From Promethearchaeota archaeon (GTDB taxonomy: Archaea; Asgardarchaeota; Lokiarchaeia; Sigyniarchaeales; SOKP01), in assembly GCA_016930515.1 (NCBI GenBank), contig JAFGGO010000162.1, positions 1 to 57,396 of the forward strand: DNA of 57,396 bases, in the 5' to 3' direction. The translations under genes and the position numbers were made by a program. Shown one piece after another: positions 10,738 to 20,226 of this stretch (the first letter of the stretch is position 1; each line of letters begins with the position of its first letter). The notes beneath the pieces were generated by a model. The model had not been told where the DNA came from. It worked only from the letters and a program-made list of their open reading frames with translations, and did no database searches.

Positions 10738-11436
10738 TCAAGATAACTCGATTATTAGTTTGTCTCCGTCTTTTAAGTCATAATAATCTCGTAAATACGG
10801 ACTTGCCAAGATTTCTATGATATTTTTCCCGTGATGAGTTCTTTGGATGTCCAATATAGCAGCTCTTATTTTATTTTTCTTGTCTTTTAACGGAAACACA
10901 TGACAAATAAAGCATTTAACTTCTCCATAGTTCCTGTTTTCATCCTTAAATCCCTCGATAATAACTGGTTTTTTATCCTCGAGTTTTTCTCTTAGAAGTG
11001 AGTTGTTTATTGCGTCTAAATTTAGGTTTAAAGTCCCTTTATATGGTTCAAAACCTAATTTATGTTCGAATTGTTCGTAATATTCCTTTATGGCAACATA
11101 ATAACCACCCTCGCCCATTCCTTCGCTAACCTCACCTGCAATCAAGACATTTTCAAGTATTAACTTTAAATTTCTATACATTTTTAACATTATTTCGGTT
11201 CCAAGTTCCGTGATGTCAATAATTTGTGTCTTTCCTTCGATTTTTCGTTTTATCCAATTTAGTTCTTCCAGATTTTGTATTCTTCGAGAGGCAGTTTGCT
11301 GACTAACGCCCATTGCATCTCCAAATTCAGTAGAATTGAGGCGAATGTTTTTTTTTTTCCCTAATCTCTGACATAAATAGAATAAGGCAAACCAATTTGC
11401 GTAATTGTCGGGATCGATATCAGTATTTTCAGTCAT
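10738..11436 (-). CDS. ribK: CTP-dependent riboflavin kinase with N-terminal HTH (RbkR type)
   Basis: HTH SQQTASRR; kinase motifs GEVSEGMGEGGYY, PYKGTLNL, RTHH, LRDYYDLKDGD. Confidence 0.93.
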   Translation of the reverse strand: MTENTDIDPDNYANWFALFYLCQRLGKKKNIRLNSTEFGDAMGVSQQTASRRIQNLEELNWIKRKIEGKTQIIDITELGTEIMLKMYRNLKLILENVLIAGEVSEGMGEGGYYVAIKEYYEQFEHKLGFEPYKGTLNLNLDAINNSLLREKLEDKKPVIIEGFKDENRNYGEVKCFICHVFPLKDKKNKIRAAILDIQRTHHGKNIIEILASPYLRDYYDLKDGDKLIIELS

Positions 11437-11891
11437 TTCTCATCACTTTCGTGATTTTTCACATATTGTTCAACAATTTTTTTTTTTATCAAGCTGGAAC
11501 TATGCAATTCATATTTATTGTAATATTTTTCGAGTCTCATGACTTTAACGTGTTCCATACCTTTCGATTTAAGAGCTTTAGAAAGCTTTTCAACGCTAAA
11601 CTTTTGATCTGGTCCTAAAAGAATCAAATCGGGATTAAATTCTTGAACAGTTTTGAGCGTGTCATTATCGTGCCTTCCAAGTTTTGCTGAAGCGACATTT
11701 TTAATATTAGAAACGACTTCTAATCTCTGTTGTTCAGGAATAATTGGTTTTGTTCCCGAATATAATTCTCGATTTTTGTCCGTTGCAACAATAACATGCA
11801 CTTCTCCTAATTTTGCAGCTTCGCTTATGAGATAAATATGTCCGGGATGCAATATATCGAAAGTTCCAGCAATTAATACTTTTTTAGGAAT
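11433..11891 (-). CDS. ribL: Archaeal FAD synthase (cytidylyltransferase family), probable ATT start
   Basis: The frame extends upstream of the tracked ORF to IPKKVLIAGTFDILHPGH (HxGH motif). Also LGPDQ and SSSLIK motifs. Overlaps ribK by ATGA. Confidence 0.88.
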   Translation of the reverse strand: MPKKVLIAGTFDILHPGHIYLISEAAKLGEVHVIVATDKNRELYSGTKPIIPEQQRLEVVSNIKNVASAKLGRHDNDTLKTVQEFNPDLILLGPDQKFSVEKLSKALKSKGMEHVKVMRLEKYYNKYELHSSSLIKKKIVEQYVKNHESDEK

Positions 11892-11923
11892 TTTATATCA
11901 CCTTAAGCGAAATATTATGGATT

Positions 11924-13483
11924 CTATCCTACTAAGTTAAAAGACAATCCAAGGAAGACAGGTCCTCTTATGTCAAACTTTTTTTGTTTTGAGTGAATGA
12001 ATTCCATAACTATATCTTCAAGTTCTAGATTGACTTCAGAGCCTCTATAGCACATTTTCACGCGGTGTTCATACGAATCTTTTCCTTGATCGAGTGCAAT
12101 TTCAATGTTATAGGCCATCTCGTTAGCAATCCCCTCTAAATATGTTTTTCCCGAATCCATGCCGCCCTCCAGAGTTTTATCGGGAGATAAGCCCAATACG
12201 GTGCCGTCTTTTATCCAAACTTTATTTAAACTCGCAGGCCCTAATAGGCTCACATTGTCGTCAGATTCCCATATATGGACCTCAATTTTCTTATCCTTAA
12301 TTAAACCTTCCCATACTTTAATTTTGATGGGTGATTTCGCGTCTTTATTCTTGATCGCACCATCAATAATTGCGTCCCTTATTTCCATGCCTTTGTCGGT
12401 TAAGGGGATATGTCGATATTTCAAGGACTTGCTTACTTCTTCGTCTGAGAATGTGATTTCCTCATAGAAATAAGGATAGACGAGTTTTCTAATGTCTTCA
12501 GTTCCAGTTTTTATCATGCAGATTCTTTCTACTCCAAAACCAATGTTAAAGACTGGATGTTGTATATCGTATTGAGAAAGGCTCACGGGACTGTAAAATC
12601 CACCATCTCCTATTTCAATCCACTCTTTCGTTTTAGGATGCTCGACAAATATCTCGAATTCCGTTTGTGGAGCGTAATATTTTGATGTTGCCTTTTTTAT
12701 ATCAGTCCTGCTGTTTTTAAACCCGAGCTTCAAACAAATATCCGAAGCTATCTTACGACAATCTTCAAGAGAGATTTTTTCAGTTAACACGACTAAAGAC
12801 AAGGTATTAGAATCGTATAAGTGTGTTGCATCGATTTTTTGCTCTCTCCTGAATTTTTTACAAATCGTAAAATATTGGAGAGGTAATTTTTTCTTTTTTA
12901 TAAGTTCCCCCAAAACAATAAACCAAAGCGCAGTGGTGTGGCTCCTAAGGGTCGTTCTCGTGGGAATGGGCTTGAGATTCTTGAGTTCAGGAAAAATTTT
13001 ATCGATTATTTCAGAAGCTTGAGTTTCTTCAACTCCGAGCTGTTCGATGAACACTTCTATGAGGTCGTCTGCTTCGATATCGCCTTTCTTGTAATCCCTA
13101 AAAATCTTCTTTAGTTCATCGACTTTATCAAAGTCTTTGACGATTTTTTTTAAGGAGGAGATTTTTTCGTTGGATATACCAATATCGGGTCTCGGAAGTC
13201 CAGCGAGATAGAATAGCCGATCTAGGATCAATGCTGCTTCAGGACCGTATTGCTTATAAACGTCTTCTTCTTCGACGAACATTGGCAATACTAATTCTTC
13301 AAAGCCCAGATCAAGCATGTGCTTTCTTGCTTCAAAAATGAAATCTTGTGTGGGGTGACTCCTTGCTTGTTTTTTAAGATCGAAAAGATGCCCTTCTAGA
13401 GTAAGTAATTTCTTGGTCTCCATCCAAGCTTTTTCGTAATTGGCTTTTGCGTCCCTTTTAATTTTTTCTGTATCGAATGGCAT
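11924..13483 (-). CDS. sepS: O-phosphoseryl-tRNA(Cys) synthetase
   Basis: DVYKQYGPEAALILDRLFYLAGLPRPDIG, TLRSHTT, FRREQKIDATHL, SKYYAPQTEFEI, GFGVER are SepRS-specific motifs. Confidence 0.93.
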   Translation of the reverse strand: MPFDTEKIKRDAKANYEKAWMETKKLLTLEGHLFDLKKQARSHPTQDFIFEARKHMLDLGFEELVLPMFVEEEDVYKQYGPEAALILDRLFYLAGLPRPDIGISNEKISSLKKIVKDFDKVDELKKIFRDYKKGDIEADDLIEVFIEQLGVEETQASEIIDKIFPELKNLKPIPTRTTLRSHTTALWFIVLGELIKKKKLPLQYFTICKKFRREQKIDATHLYDSNTLSLVVLTEKISLEDCRKIASDICLKLGFKNSRTDIKKATSKYYAPQTEFEIFVEHPKTKEWIEIGDGGFYSPVSLSQYDIQHPVFNIGFGVERICMIKTGTEDIRKLVYPYFYEEITFSDEEVSKSLKYRHIPLTDKGMEIRDAIIDGAIKNKDAKSPIKIKVWEGLIKDKKIEVHIWESDDNVSLLGPASLNKVWIKDGTVLGLSPDKTLEGGMDSGKTYLEGIANEMAYNIEIALDQGKDSYEHRVKMCYRGSEVNLELEDIVMEFIHSKQKKFDIRGPVFLGLSFNLVG

Positions 13484-13524
13484 GATAATCCAGACTAATT
13501 TTACTTCTTGATATCTTTTTATCT

Positions 13525-14130
13525 TTATTTAATGGATTCTTTGAATCTATTCATTTGGATCGTTAGTGAGATGTCTCCTCGAGTTTTTTCTATTAGAGAG
13601 CGAGCAATATCGGTTTTTCTTCGCAAATCCTGAGTTATACCTTTTGGATAATCTAGAGCGAATAAATACGAGTAGATATCTTCCATTACATTGAGAATTT
13701 CTTCGATATTTTGAACTTCCCCTATTCGAATCTTGTCTAGAACATTTCGTCTAAGTTCTCCTATAGTATCTGCTAAACCCAAGAGGTAATTTACTTCTGA
13801 AACGTTACAGTCTCCTGGTCCAGGAATTTCTTCTTTTTGGATGATTGAATACAAGGATAATGCTTCTACATACTCTTGTTCGGGCGTTTTTAAATAATTG
13901 CTAAAAAACGTAGGATTTTTTTCTACTAGAAGTAAGAGCTGTTGGTGTTTATCTCTAATTTCTTTGATAATCTCTCCATACGAGGTGAATTCTTTTCTAT
14001 GGATTGATTTAATTGCAACGCTGCAATCCCTAATCATCTGACGAGATAATTTTAATATTTCTTCTCTATTTTGATCAATTTCGTCCAAATTACTCGTAAT
14101 TCTTGAGAAAATGTTTTTTAGATCCATCAC
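13525..14130 (-). CDS. Translin/TRAX family protein (archaeal C3PO-like)
   Basis: REEILKLSR, QEYVEA, YLLGLADTIGELRR, LRRKTDIAR motifs. Confidence 0.9.
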   Translation of the reverse strand: MMDLKNIFSRITSNLDEIDQNREEILKLSRQMIRDCSVAIKSIHRKEFTSYGEIIKEIRDKHQQLLLLVEKNPTFFSNYLKTPEQEYVEALSLYSIIQKEEIPGPGDCNVSEVNYLLGLADTIGELRRNVLDKIRIGEVQNIEEILNVMEDIYSYLFALDYPKGITQDLRRKTDIARSLIEKTRGDISLTIQMNRFKESIK

Positions 14131-14240
14131 AATTCAAGATGTATTTTAAATATTATGTATAATCCATGTAGCAAAATATTTAGAATTTGTTAAAATTATC
14201 GAGATATTTTGATATTCCGCTCGGGCGTGGCTTAAAAAAA

Positions 14241-14444
14241 CTATAACATGAAAAAGAACGGAACGACCAACAATAAAAACGCAACCATCAATACGATAAA
14301 GTCTTTATAAAACTGTTTGAGGTGTTCCTTGGAAGTAGCATTTCTTTTTTTTCTTTTAAGCCAATTAGAAGCGCAATATAACAAGTATCCTGCGATCAAA
14401 ACGATAGAAAGGGAGATAATTATAATAGGTTCTTTATAAAACAT
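14241..14444 (-). CDS. Small two-TM membrane protein
   Basis: 67 aa, two hydrophobic helices flanking a basic loop. Confidence 0.55.
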   Translation of the reverse strand: MFYKEPIIIISLSIVLIAGYLLYCASNWLKRKKRNATSKEHLKQFYKDFIVLMVAFLLLVVPFFFML

Positions 14445-14752
14445 ATAAGATTCTTCAATGTTTTATTTATTTAATATTTTTTATAATCTCATTTTTTTAA
14501 ATATACTGCAAGTAGAATTATTCAACTCTAATCCCTTTTCTTCTTTAATTGTTCAATAACTTTTTTAGCACTTGAATTTAATTTATTTCCTGCGATCATT
14601 AAGAGTTTTAATGAAGGAAGGCATGTCATTTTTTTTCAATTTTAATTTAAAGGAAGACTGAAAATTATTTTTACGATAAATTCTTTTGAAGAATAATTCT
14701 CAATAATTTATTATTAGGAAATCAATAATATGAAAGCAAGTTGGTATGCCTT

Positions 14753-16828
14753 ATGAAAATCTTACTCATTCACTCGGACGGCGTTGAAGTTGTAAAAAAT
14801 AGGGAAGCAACCAGTACACCTCAAGAATTTAAAGACAAGATCATTAACTTGGAAGGTTTGGTATTAGTTGCGTTCGTTTCCGTCGAAGATCAAGACACTT
14901 ACGATGTAGATGTAATTGCAAAACAGGGTGCCACCGTGATCGAGGAAGCAATTCTTCAAATTACGCAATTTCCCGAAAAAATAGCGGAAAAAAACGAGGA
15001 AATTAGAAAACACAACGAAAAGATAGATTTGGGAAAATCGAAAGCAAAAAAGCGGAAATTAAATGAACTCATTGCAGACCGATCGAAATACAATGTGGAA
15101 AAAGTACTCGTTTATCCATGGGCTCACTTGAGCAAGTTTCTTAGCTCCGAATCGAGCGCCATGGATGTGTGTCCAAAGATAGCCAACTTGCTCAGCGAAA
15201 AGGGAATTGAATCTCATTATTCACCGTTTGGATGGTATAAAGCATTTAAAATAAATTGCATTGGACACGAAGTCGCAGAAATGTATCGGGATGTGAAATT
15301 ATACATTCAACCGGACGAGCATTCCGCCCAAGCAGAGTTTCGCGTTATACTTCCTAGTAAAAAAGAGATAAATCTCGTAAAAGAGGATAAAATGGGATTT
15401 AAATCCGTACCAGAGTTGAAGAAATACAAGAATTTTCAAGTTTTTCTAAAATCCGAACTAGGCTCTAGAAGAGTTGATCTAAGCGAGGAACCAGTGCATA
15501 TCAAGTTCATGAAAGAACAGGAATTGGCAGATTTCGAGCCAAATTCGGATAAAGGAATTTTACGCTGGTACACTAAAGGCGTTATCATGAAAAACCTCAT
15601 TAAGCGATATATGGAAGATATCATTATTGATTACGGTGCCGTGCTTATCGACACCCCCATAATGTACAGCGTGAAGAGTAAAAAATTAACTGCTCAAACA
15701 GCAAGATTCCCTGCTAGAACCTATTGGGTCGAGTCGGGTAGCGATCGGTTTTTATTGAGATTTGCGGGAGATTTCTTACAATTTGACATGGTAAGCGGCA
15801 TGAACCTCAAACTAAATTACTTGCCCTTACGGCTTTACGAATGGGAGCAATACGATTTCAGAAGGGAACAAGAGGGAGAGCTTACGGGATTAAGACGCTT
15901 ACGAGGATTTGTAATGCCTGACTTTCACACATTTTGTAAGGATCTCGATTCTGCAGTTGAAGAGTTCAAGCTTCAATACGAATTAAATAAAAAGATTGCC
16001 CATGACCTTGGTGTAAAAGATTACATCATATTTCGAACTACTCAAGCATTTTACAAGGAAAACCAACGGTGGATAAAGGATTTGGTTAAAAGAGAGAATA
16101 AACCAGCCTTATTAGAATTATGGGAAGATAGATATTATTATTTTGTTTTGAAATTCGAGCGAGGTGTACTTAGCGCTCAGGATAAAAGCGGTACCTTGGC
16201 AACCATCCAAGTGGATGTGGAAAGCACTTTGGAATATTTGGAAGACGAAAACGGCAAGAAGCGGGAAAAATATAATGTCAAGTTTACCGATGAAGACGGA
16301 GAGGTTAAACACCCCATCATCCTCCATAATTCGCCCTCCGGAGGGCTTGAAAGGATTTTATGGGGTTTAATAGAGACCGCTTATAGGGAAATGGACACAA
16401 TCGTCCCAGGATTTAAAACTTGGCTTTCTCCAATACAAGCGAGAATCATCACCGTAAGCAACAAGCAAAACGATATTGCAGAAAGACTCCTTGAAAGCAT
16501 GACAAGGGCGGGTTTCCGAGTGGATTTCGACGATAGAGACGAAAAGATAGGTAAAAAGATTCGACAAGCCGAAGTCGACTGGATCCCATATTCGATTGTC
16601 ATAGGAAAGTCGGAACAGGAAAAGGGGACCATTTCCGTACGAAAGAGGCTTATAGGGCAGGAGATCAAGAGAGATGAAAAAAATTATAAAATTACATCAG
16701 AACAGATTAACGACATTAGACTCGACGATTTACTGAAAATGATGGAGGAAGATTGTATGGGATATCCTCGCTACAAGCTTCCGATACCCTTCAGGCGCTT
16801 TTCAACAAAGGTATACTTCAGGCATTAA
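14753..16828 (+). CDS. thrS: Threonyl-tRNA synthetase, archaeal type with N-terminal editing domain
   Basis: MKILLIHSD, YPWAHLS and PFGWYKAF..C.GH editing motifs; LRFA, FRREQEGELTGLRRLRGFVMPDFH, HNSPSGGLER; anticodon-binding domain. Confidence 0.96.
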   Translation: MKILLIHSDGVEVVKNREATSTPQEFKDKIINLEGLVLVAFVSVEDQDTYDVDVIAKQGATVIEEAILQITQFPEKIAEKNEEIRKHNEKIDLGKSKAKKRKLNELIADRSKYNVEKVLVYPWAHLSKFLSSESSAMDVCPKIANLLSEKGIESHYSPFGWYKAFKINCIGHEVAEMYRDVKLYIQPDEHSAQAEFRVILPSKKEINLVKEDKMGFKSVPELKKYKNFQVFLKSELGSRRVDLSEEPVHIKFMKEQELADFEPNSDKGILRWYTKGVIMKNLIKRYMEDIIIDYGAVLIDTPIMYSVKSKKLTAQTARFPARTYWVESGSDRFLLRFAGDFLQFDMVSGMNLKLNYLPLRLYEWEQYDFRREQEGELTGLRRLRGFVMPDFHTFCKDLDSAVEEFKLQYELNKKIAHDLGVKDYIIFRTTQAFYKENQRWIKDLVKRENKPALLELWEDRYYYFVLKFERGVLSAQDKSGTLATIQVDVESTLEYLEDENGKKREKYNVKFTDEDGEVKHPIILHNSPSGGLERILWGLIETAYREMDTIVPGFKTWLSPIQARIITVSNKQNDIAERLLESMTRAGFRVDFDDRDEKIGKKIRQAEVDWIPYSIVIGKSEQEKGTISVRKRLIGQEIKRDEKNYKITSEQINDIRLDDLLKMMEEDCMGYPRYKLPIPFRRFSTKVYFRH

Positions 16829-16910
16829 TTTTTTTATTTAAGATATCTTTTTATTTTTCACGCTCCTATTTACTTACTATATACATTTTTTCAAATATGG
16901 TGAAAATAAA

Positions 16911-17315
16911 ATGGGAGAAGAGATTCAGAAGTTTACGAAATTAACCCTATTGATCCATTTGATTATTGGTTGTATCATGACCTTGTTGTTTTTTATACCC
17001 GAAATAACTTTTGGTTTACTTTCTATAGCCTATAACGGAACGGTTGGTGCCATAGCGATGGCTCTTGCATCTGCGATGCTAGGTCTTACAATTAGTTCTT
17101 TGTGTGGTCTCATGGCGAAAGAATGGATGAAAATAAAGATAGTCGTTATAAATGAATTAGTATGGCTTTTAGGACTATTAATTACGACAATCATTAATCT
17201 GGCTACTTTTGGAGCAATAGGAATCGTGATGATCGTCGTAAATATAATTTTATTATTATTATTTCTATTGAGCTTCCTACAACAAGAAGACAAAATGAAA
17301 GAACTTTTAAAATAA
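16911..17315 (+). CDS. Four-TM membrane protein of unknown function
   Basis: Four hydrophobic segments in 134 aa. Confidence 0.7.
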   Translation: MGEEIQKFTKLTLLIHLIIGCIMTLLFFIPEITFGLLSIAYNGTVGAIAMALASAMLGLTISSLCGLMAKEWMKIKIVVINELVWLLGLLITTIINLATFGAIGIVMIVVNIILLLLFLLSFLQQEDKMKELLK

Positions 17316-17542
17316 TCAGATTCTAAAAAATAAAAGTCATAATCTCTTTAACTTCTATTTAAATACTCCTTTTTTTTATTAATTAAAATGTATTTTTTAA
17401 CCTGGGAGTCAATTTCATATTATATTCCAGTGATTAATTGAAATATATTAATAACAGAAAATTCTATATAATTAGTAATAGATGTTAATTTAGGGGATTA
17501 CAGATCTTATCGAATAGGGATAAATTTTCAGAAACTCTTAAT

Positions 17543-18238
17543 TTGGAACATCCAACAGTTGCAAGCGTTTTAGAGATCGCCCAAGATATATTAAACCAAA
17601 ATAAATGCTTGGATGTTGAGACATTATATAATACAGCAAAACGGATTCTGAAAATTCCCAGAAAAGGTTTGATGAGAATTGTTAATTTTCTTTTTAGTAA
17701 TAAATATCTCCTTAAAGGAACAAAGTTTACAAAACAATCGGTTTTGTTTAATCCCAATAGGAAGTTAATTTATGATTTTATTAAAGAAAATCTTGGTGCT
17801 CATTATTCTTTTATCAGGAGAAGCGCTCCATTCGTAAGTACGAGTCCTGATATTGGTGGGGGTCAATTAGCCTGGCACCTTGAAATGCTCTTGAAATTTG
17901 ATTATGTGAAAAAGATAAGAATAAAAAACAAGTCTATTTTCATACCAAGCGAATTGCCTGAAGAAGTTGCCATCGTGCATTATTTCTTACGAGACAATCT
18001 GATAAGAACGATAATCGAATACATTAACCAAAAGACAAAAGCAGAAATAGTAGAAATATACAAGAATCTTGAAATTAGCAGGCATAAAGTCTATTATAAG
18101 GTCAACCTCCTCGTTGAAAACGAAATTGTAGTTTACAATGGTGGTGATGGAAAATTCCTATATTTGAATCCTGACAAAAAAATGCTTATTTCTAACATCT
18201 TGAAAAAAATCGAGTGCAAGGAGGTATTATTACAATGA
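17543..18238 (+). CDS. Multi-wHTH transcriptional regulator
   Basis: NRKLIYDFIKENLGAHYSFI...LAWHLEMLLKFDYV and a second HTH (EIYKNLEISRHKVYYKVNLL). Same family as 754..1212. ATGA overlap with the next gene. Confidence 0.78.
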   Translation: MEHPTVASVLEIAQDILNQNKCLDVETLYNTAKRILKIPRKGLMRIVNFLFSNKYLLKGTKFTKQSVLFNPNRKLIYDFIKENLGAHYSFIRRSAPFVSTSPDIGGGQLAWHLEMLLKFDYVKKIRIKNKSIFIPSELPEEVAIVHYFLRDNLIRTIIEYINQKTKAEIVEIYKNLEISRHKVYYKVNLLVENEIVVYNGGDGKFLYLNPDKKMLISNILKKIECKEVLLQ

Positions 18239-19539
18239 CAATCCTAAATTGGTCTCCCGAAGTCGTGTTAGACATGGTTTTAGGCGTTTTAGCATTGACG
18301 ATAGTTGCTTCAACCTTAATCATTGCGCGCATGAGAAATATACGATCAATTAAATTAATCGATCTGGGAATATCATTTATGGCGCTCATCATGCTCTTCG
18401 AAGCATTCTCTGTTTTATACATGGATGTATTTCTTTACATGATGTGCACCTTAAGCGTTTTTCTGAGCGTCTTTTTTCTCGCACTCGCCATCAATTACGT
18501 CACGAGGGAAAGCTTTATTTCTAAGGATTTAGTTTTCGTTGTATGCCTTGGAGCCCTACATTTGTATCTTACCTTCCAATCGGATCAATATGTTAAAGCC
18601 CTTGAAATGGGATTCCTTACCATCACTTGGACGGGAGCGTTGTTTTATGTTGGAAACTTAACGCAATTTCTTCTATTTATTTATTTCTTTTATTGGGGGC
18701 TCAAATCGTATTTAAACGCACCGTATTCGATTAAAAAGACAGCAGCTTTATTTTTCTTTGGAACTAACATATTATCTATTGTTCCCGTAAGTCTTATCGT
18801 CTTCACATTTTTTGAGCCCTTATTGATAGTTGTCATTGAAATTCTCATGATTGTAGGATTGATAACGATCCAATTTTCGGTTTTATACGATCCCAAGCTA
18901 CTTTATATCCTTCCGTTTAGATTACTTAACCTCATCGTGAGGGATAAGAAAGGTAATTTATTATTTGATCACAATTGGTCAGATATCGAACTTGACGCAA
19001 GCGTGTTTGCAGGGTTTTTAAACGCCTTAAAAATAATGAGCGAGCGAGTAATGAATGTTGGAGAACCGTTTGAAATAAGTCTAAAAAAAGGAATTCTAAT
19101 AATTCACGATTCCGATGACATTACTGTTGGACTTATCTCCTCAAAATCGTCGAAACTATTGCAAAGTGCTTTAGTAAAATTCACCACGGCGTTCCAAGAG
19201 CGATTTAGAGTGCTCTTACAGAAAGGCGTGACAAATCAAAAACAATATGAATCCGCCTTTGAATTAATCGAGCAATATTTCTCCAATTTTCCCTATTCTT
19301 TTATCAAGGACAAAAAAGAACAACTCTTATTACCCATATACATCCCCCCTCAACTCGAATACAAATTAAATGACGCTTTTAAAGGAGATCCAGATCTAGA
19401 CAATATTAAAAAAGAATTTGCCCGAGCTCCTACAGGAATTATTCGTGAATTTATTTCTCTTCATGAAGAGCTAGACCAAGAGTTTTTAGGGGATTCAACA
19501 GGCGAAGTCAAGAAATTTGAAAATAAGAAGGACTTATAA
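18235..19539 (+). CDS. Seven-TM membrane protein with cytoplasmic longin-like domain
   Basis: About 7 hydrophobic helices followed by LIVRDKKGNLLFDHNW...FAGFLNALKIMSERV...EISLKKGILII...TVGLIS...LVKFTTAFQERF (longin pattern). ATG 18235 overlaps the upstream TGA. Confidence 0.72.
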   Translation: MTILNWSPEVVLDMVLGVLALTIVASTLIIARMRNIRSIKLIDLGISFMALIMLFEAFSVLYMDVFLYMMCTLSVFLSVFFLALAINYVTRESFISKDLVFVVCLGALHLYLTFQSDQYVKALEMGFLTITWTGALFYVGNLTQFLLFIYFFYWGLKSYLNAPYSIKKTAALFFFGTNILSIVPVSLIVFTFFEPLLIVVIEILMIVGLITIQFSVLYDPKLLYILPFRLLNLIVRDKKGNLLFDHNWSDIELDASVFAGFLNALKIMSERVMNVGEPFEISLKKGILIIHDSDDITVGLISSKSSKLLQSALVKFTTAFQERFRVLLQKGVTNQKQYESAFELIEQYFSNFPYSFIKDKKEQLLLPIYIPPQLEYKLNDAFKGDPDLDNIKKEFARAPTGIIREFISLHEELDQEFLGDSTGEVKKFENKKDL

Positions 19540-19571
19540 GTTTTCAGAACGACGCTCAAAGAGATTTAAAA

Positions 19572-20093
19572 TCAAGAGTTTTCTAAATTGCTCAGACAAT
19601 CTATTGCAATTTGTTGGAACGCTTCTTCAACATTTTCCCCCGTTTTAGCGCTTGTTTCCATGTACTTGCATTCCATTTTTTCGGCCATTTTTTTAACCTC
19701 TTCCATGTCCACCTCACGTTCCAAGTCGTTTTTATTTCCCAAGAGGATCATGGGAATATTTTTCTTGACCGATTTTTTTATCGAACTAATCCAACCCGGA
19801 ATCTTTAGAAGACTTTCGGGATCGTCGAGCGCAAACACTCCAATCGCAGCGTTACTTCCCTTGAAGTAAATAGAACGAAGCTTGTGGAATTGAGCTTGTC
19901 CTCCAATGTCCCATAAAAGCAATCTTACGCTTTTGTCATTTAATTTCACATCTTTAATTAAAAAATTGCTTCCTATAGTTTTTTTCAAGCTATCTGAGAA
20001 ATAATCCTTGATATATCGAAGAAGCAATGAGGTTTTTCCCACTGAAGCAGGTCCGAATAAACATATCTTAAATTTGTAGTTTTGGGTAGACAT
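19572..20093 (-). CDS. Rab-like small GTPase (Ras superfamily)
   Basis: G1 GPASVGKTS, G2 TIG, G3 WDIGGQ, G4 NKND, G5 ETSAK. No C-terminal prenylation motif. Confidence 0.93.
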   Translation of the reverse strand: MSTQNYKFKICLFGPASVGKTSLLLRYIKDYFSDSLKKTIGSNFLIKDVKLNDKSVRLLLWDIGGQAQFHKLRSIYFKGSNAAIGVFALDDPESLLKIPGWISSIKKSVKKNIPMILLGNKNDLEREVDMEEVKKMAEKMECKYMETSAKTGENVEEAFQQIAIDCLSNLENS

Positions 20094-20226
20094 AGTACAT
20101 TCTTATTATACTATTTTTAATGCAAGTATTATAATTGCTTATTTGATAATATATTATTGAATCAATATATATATATTTAGAAACGAGTTTTGATAAATTT
20201 TTGTCAAATAAAAAAAACTAATAATT

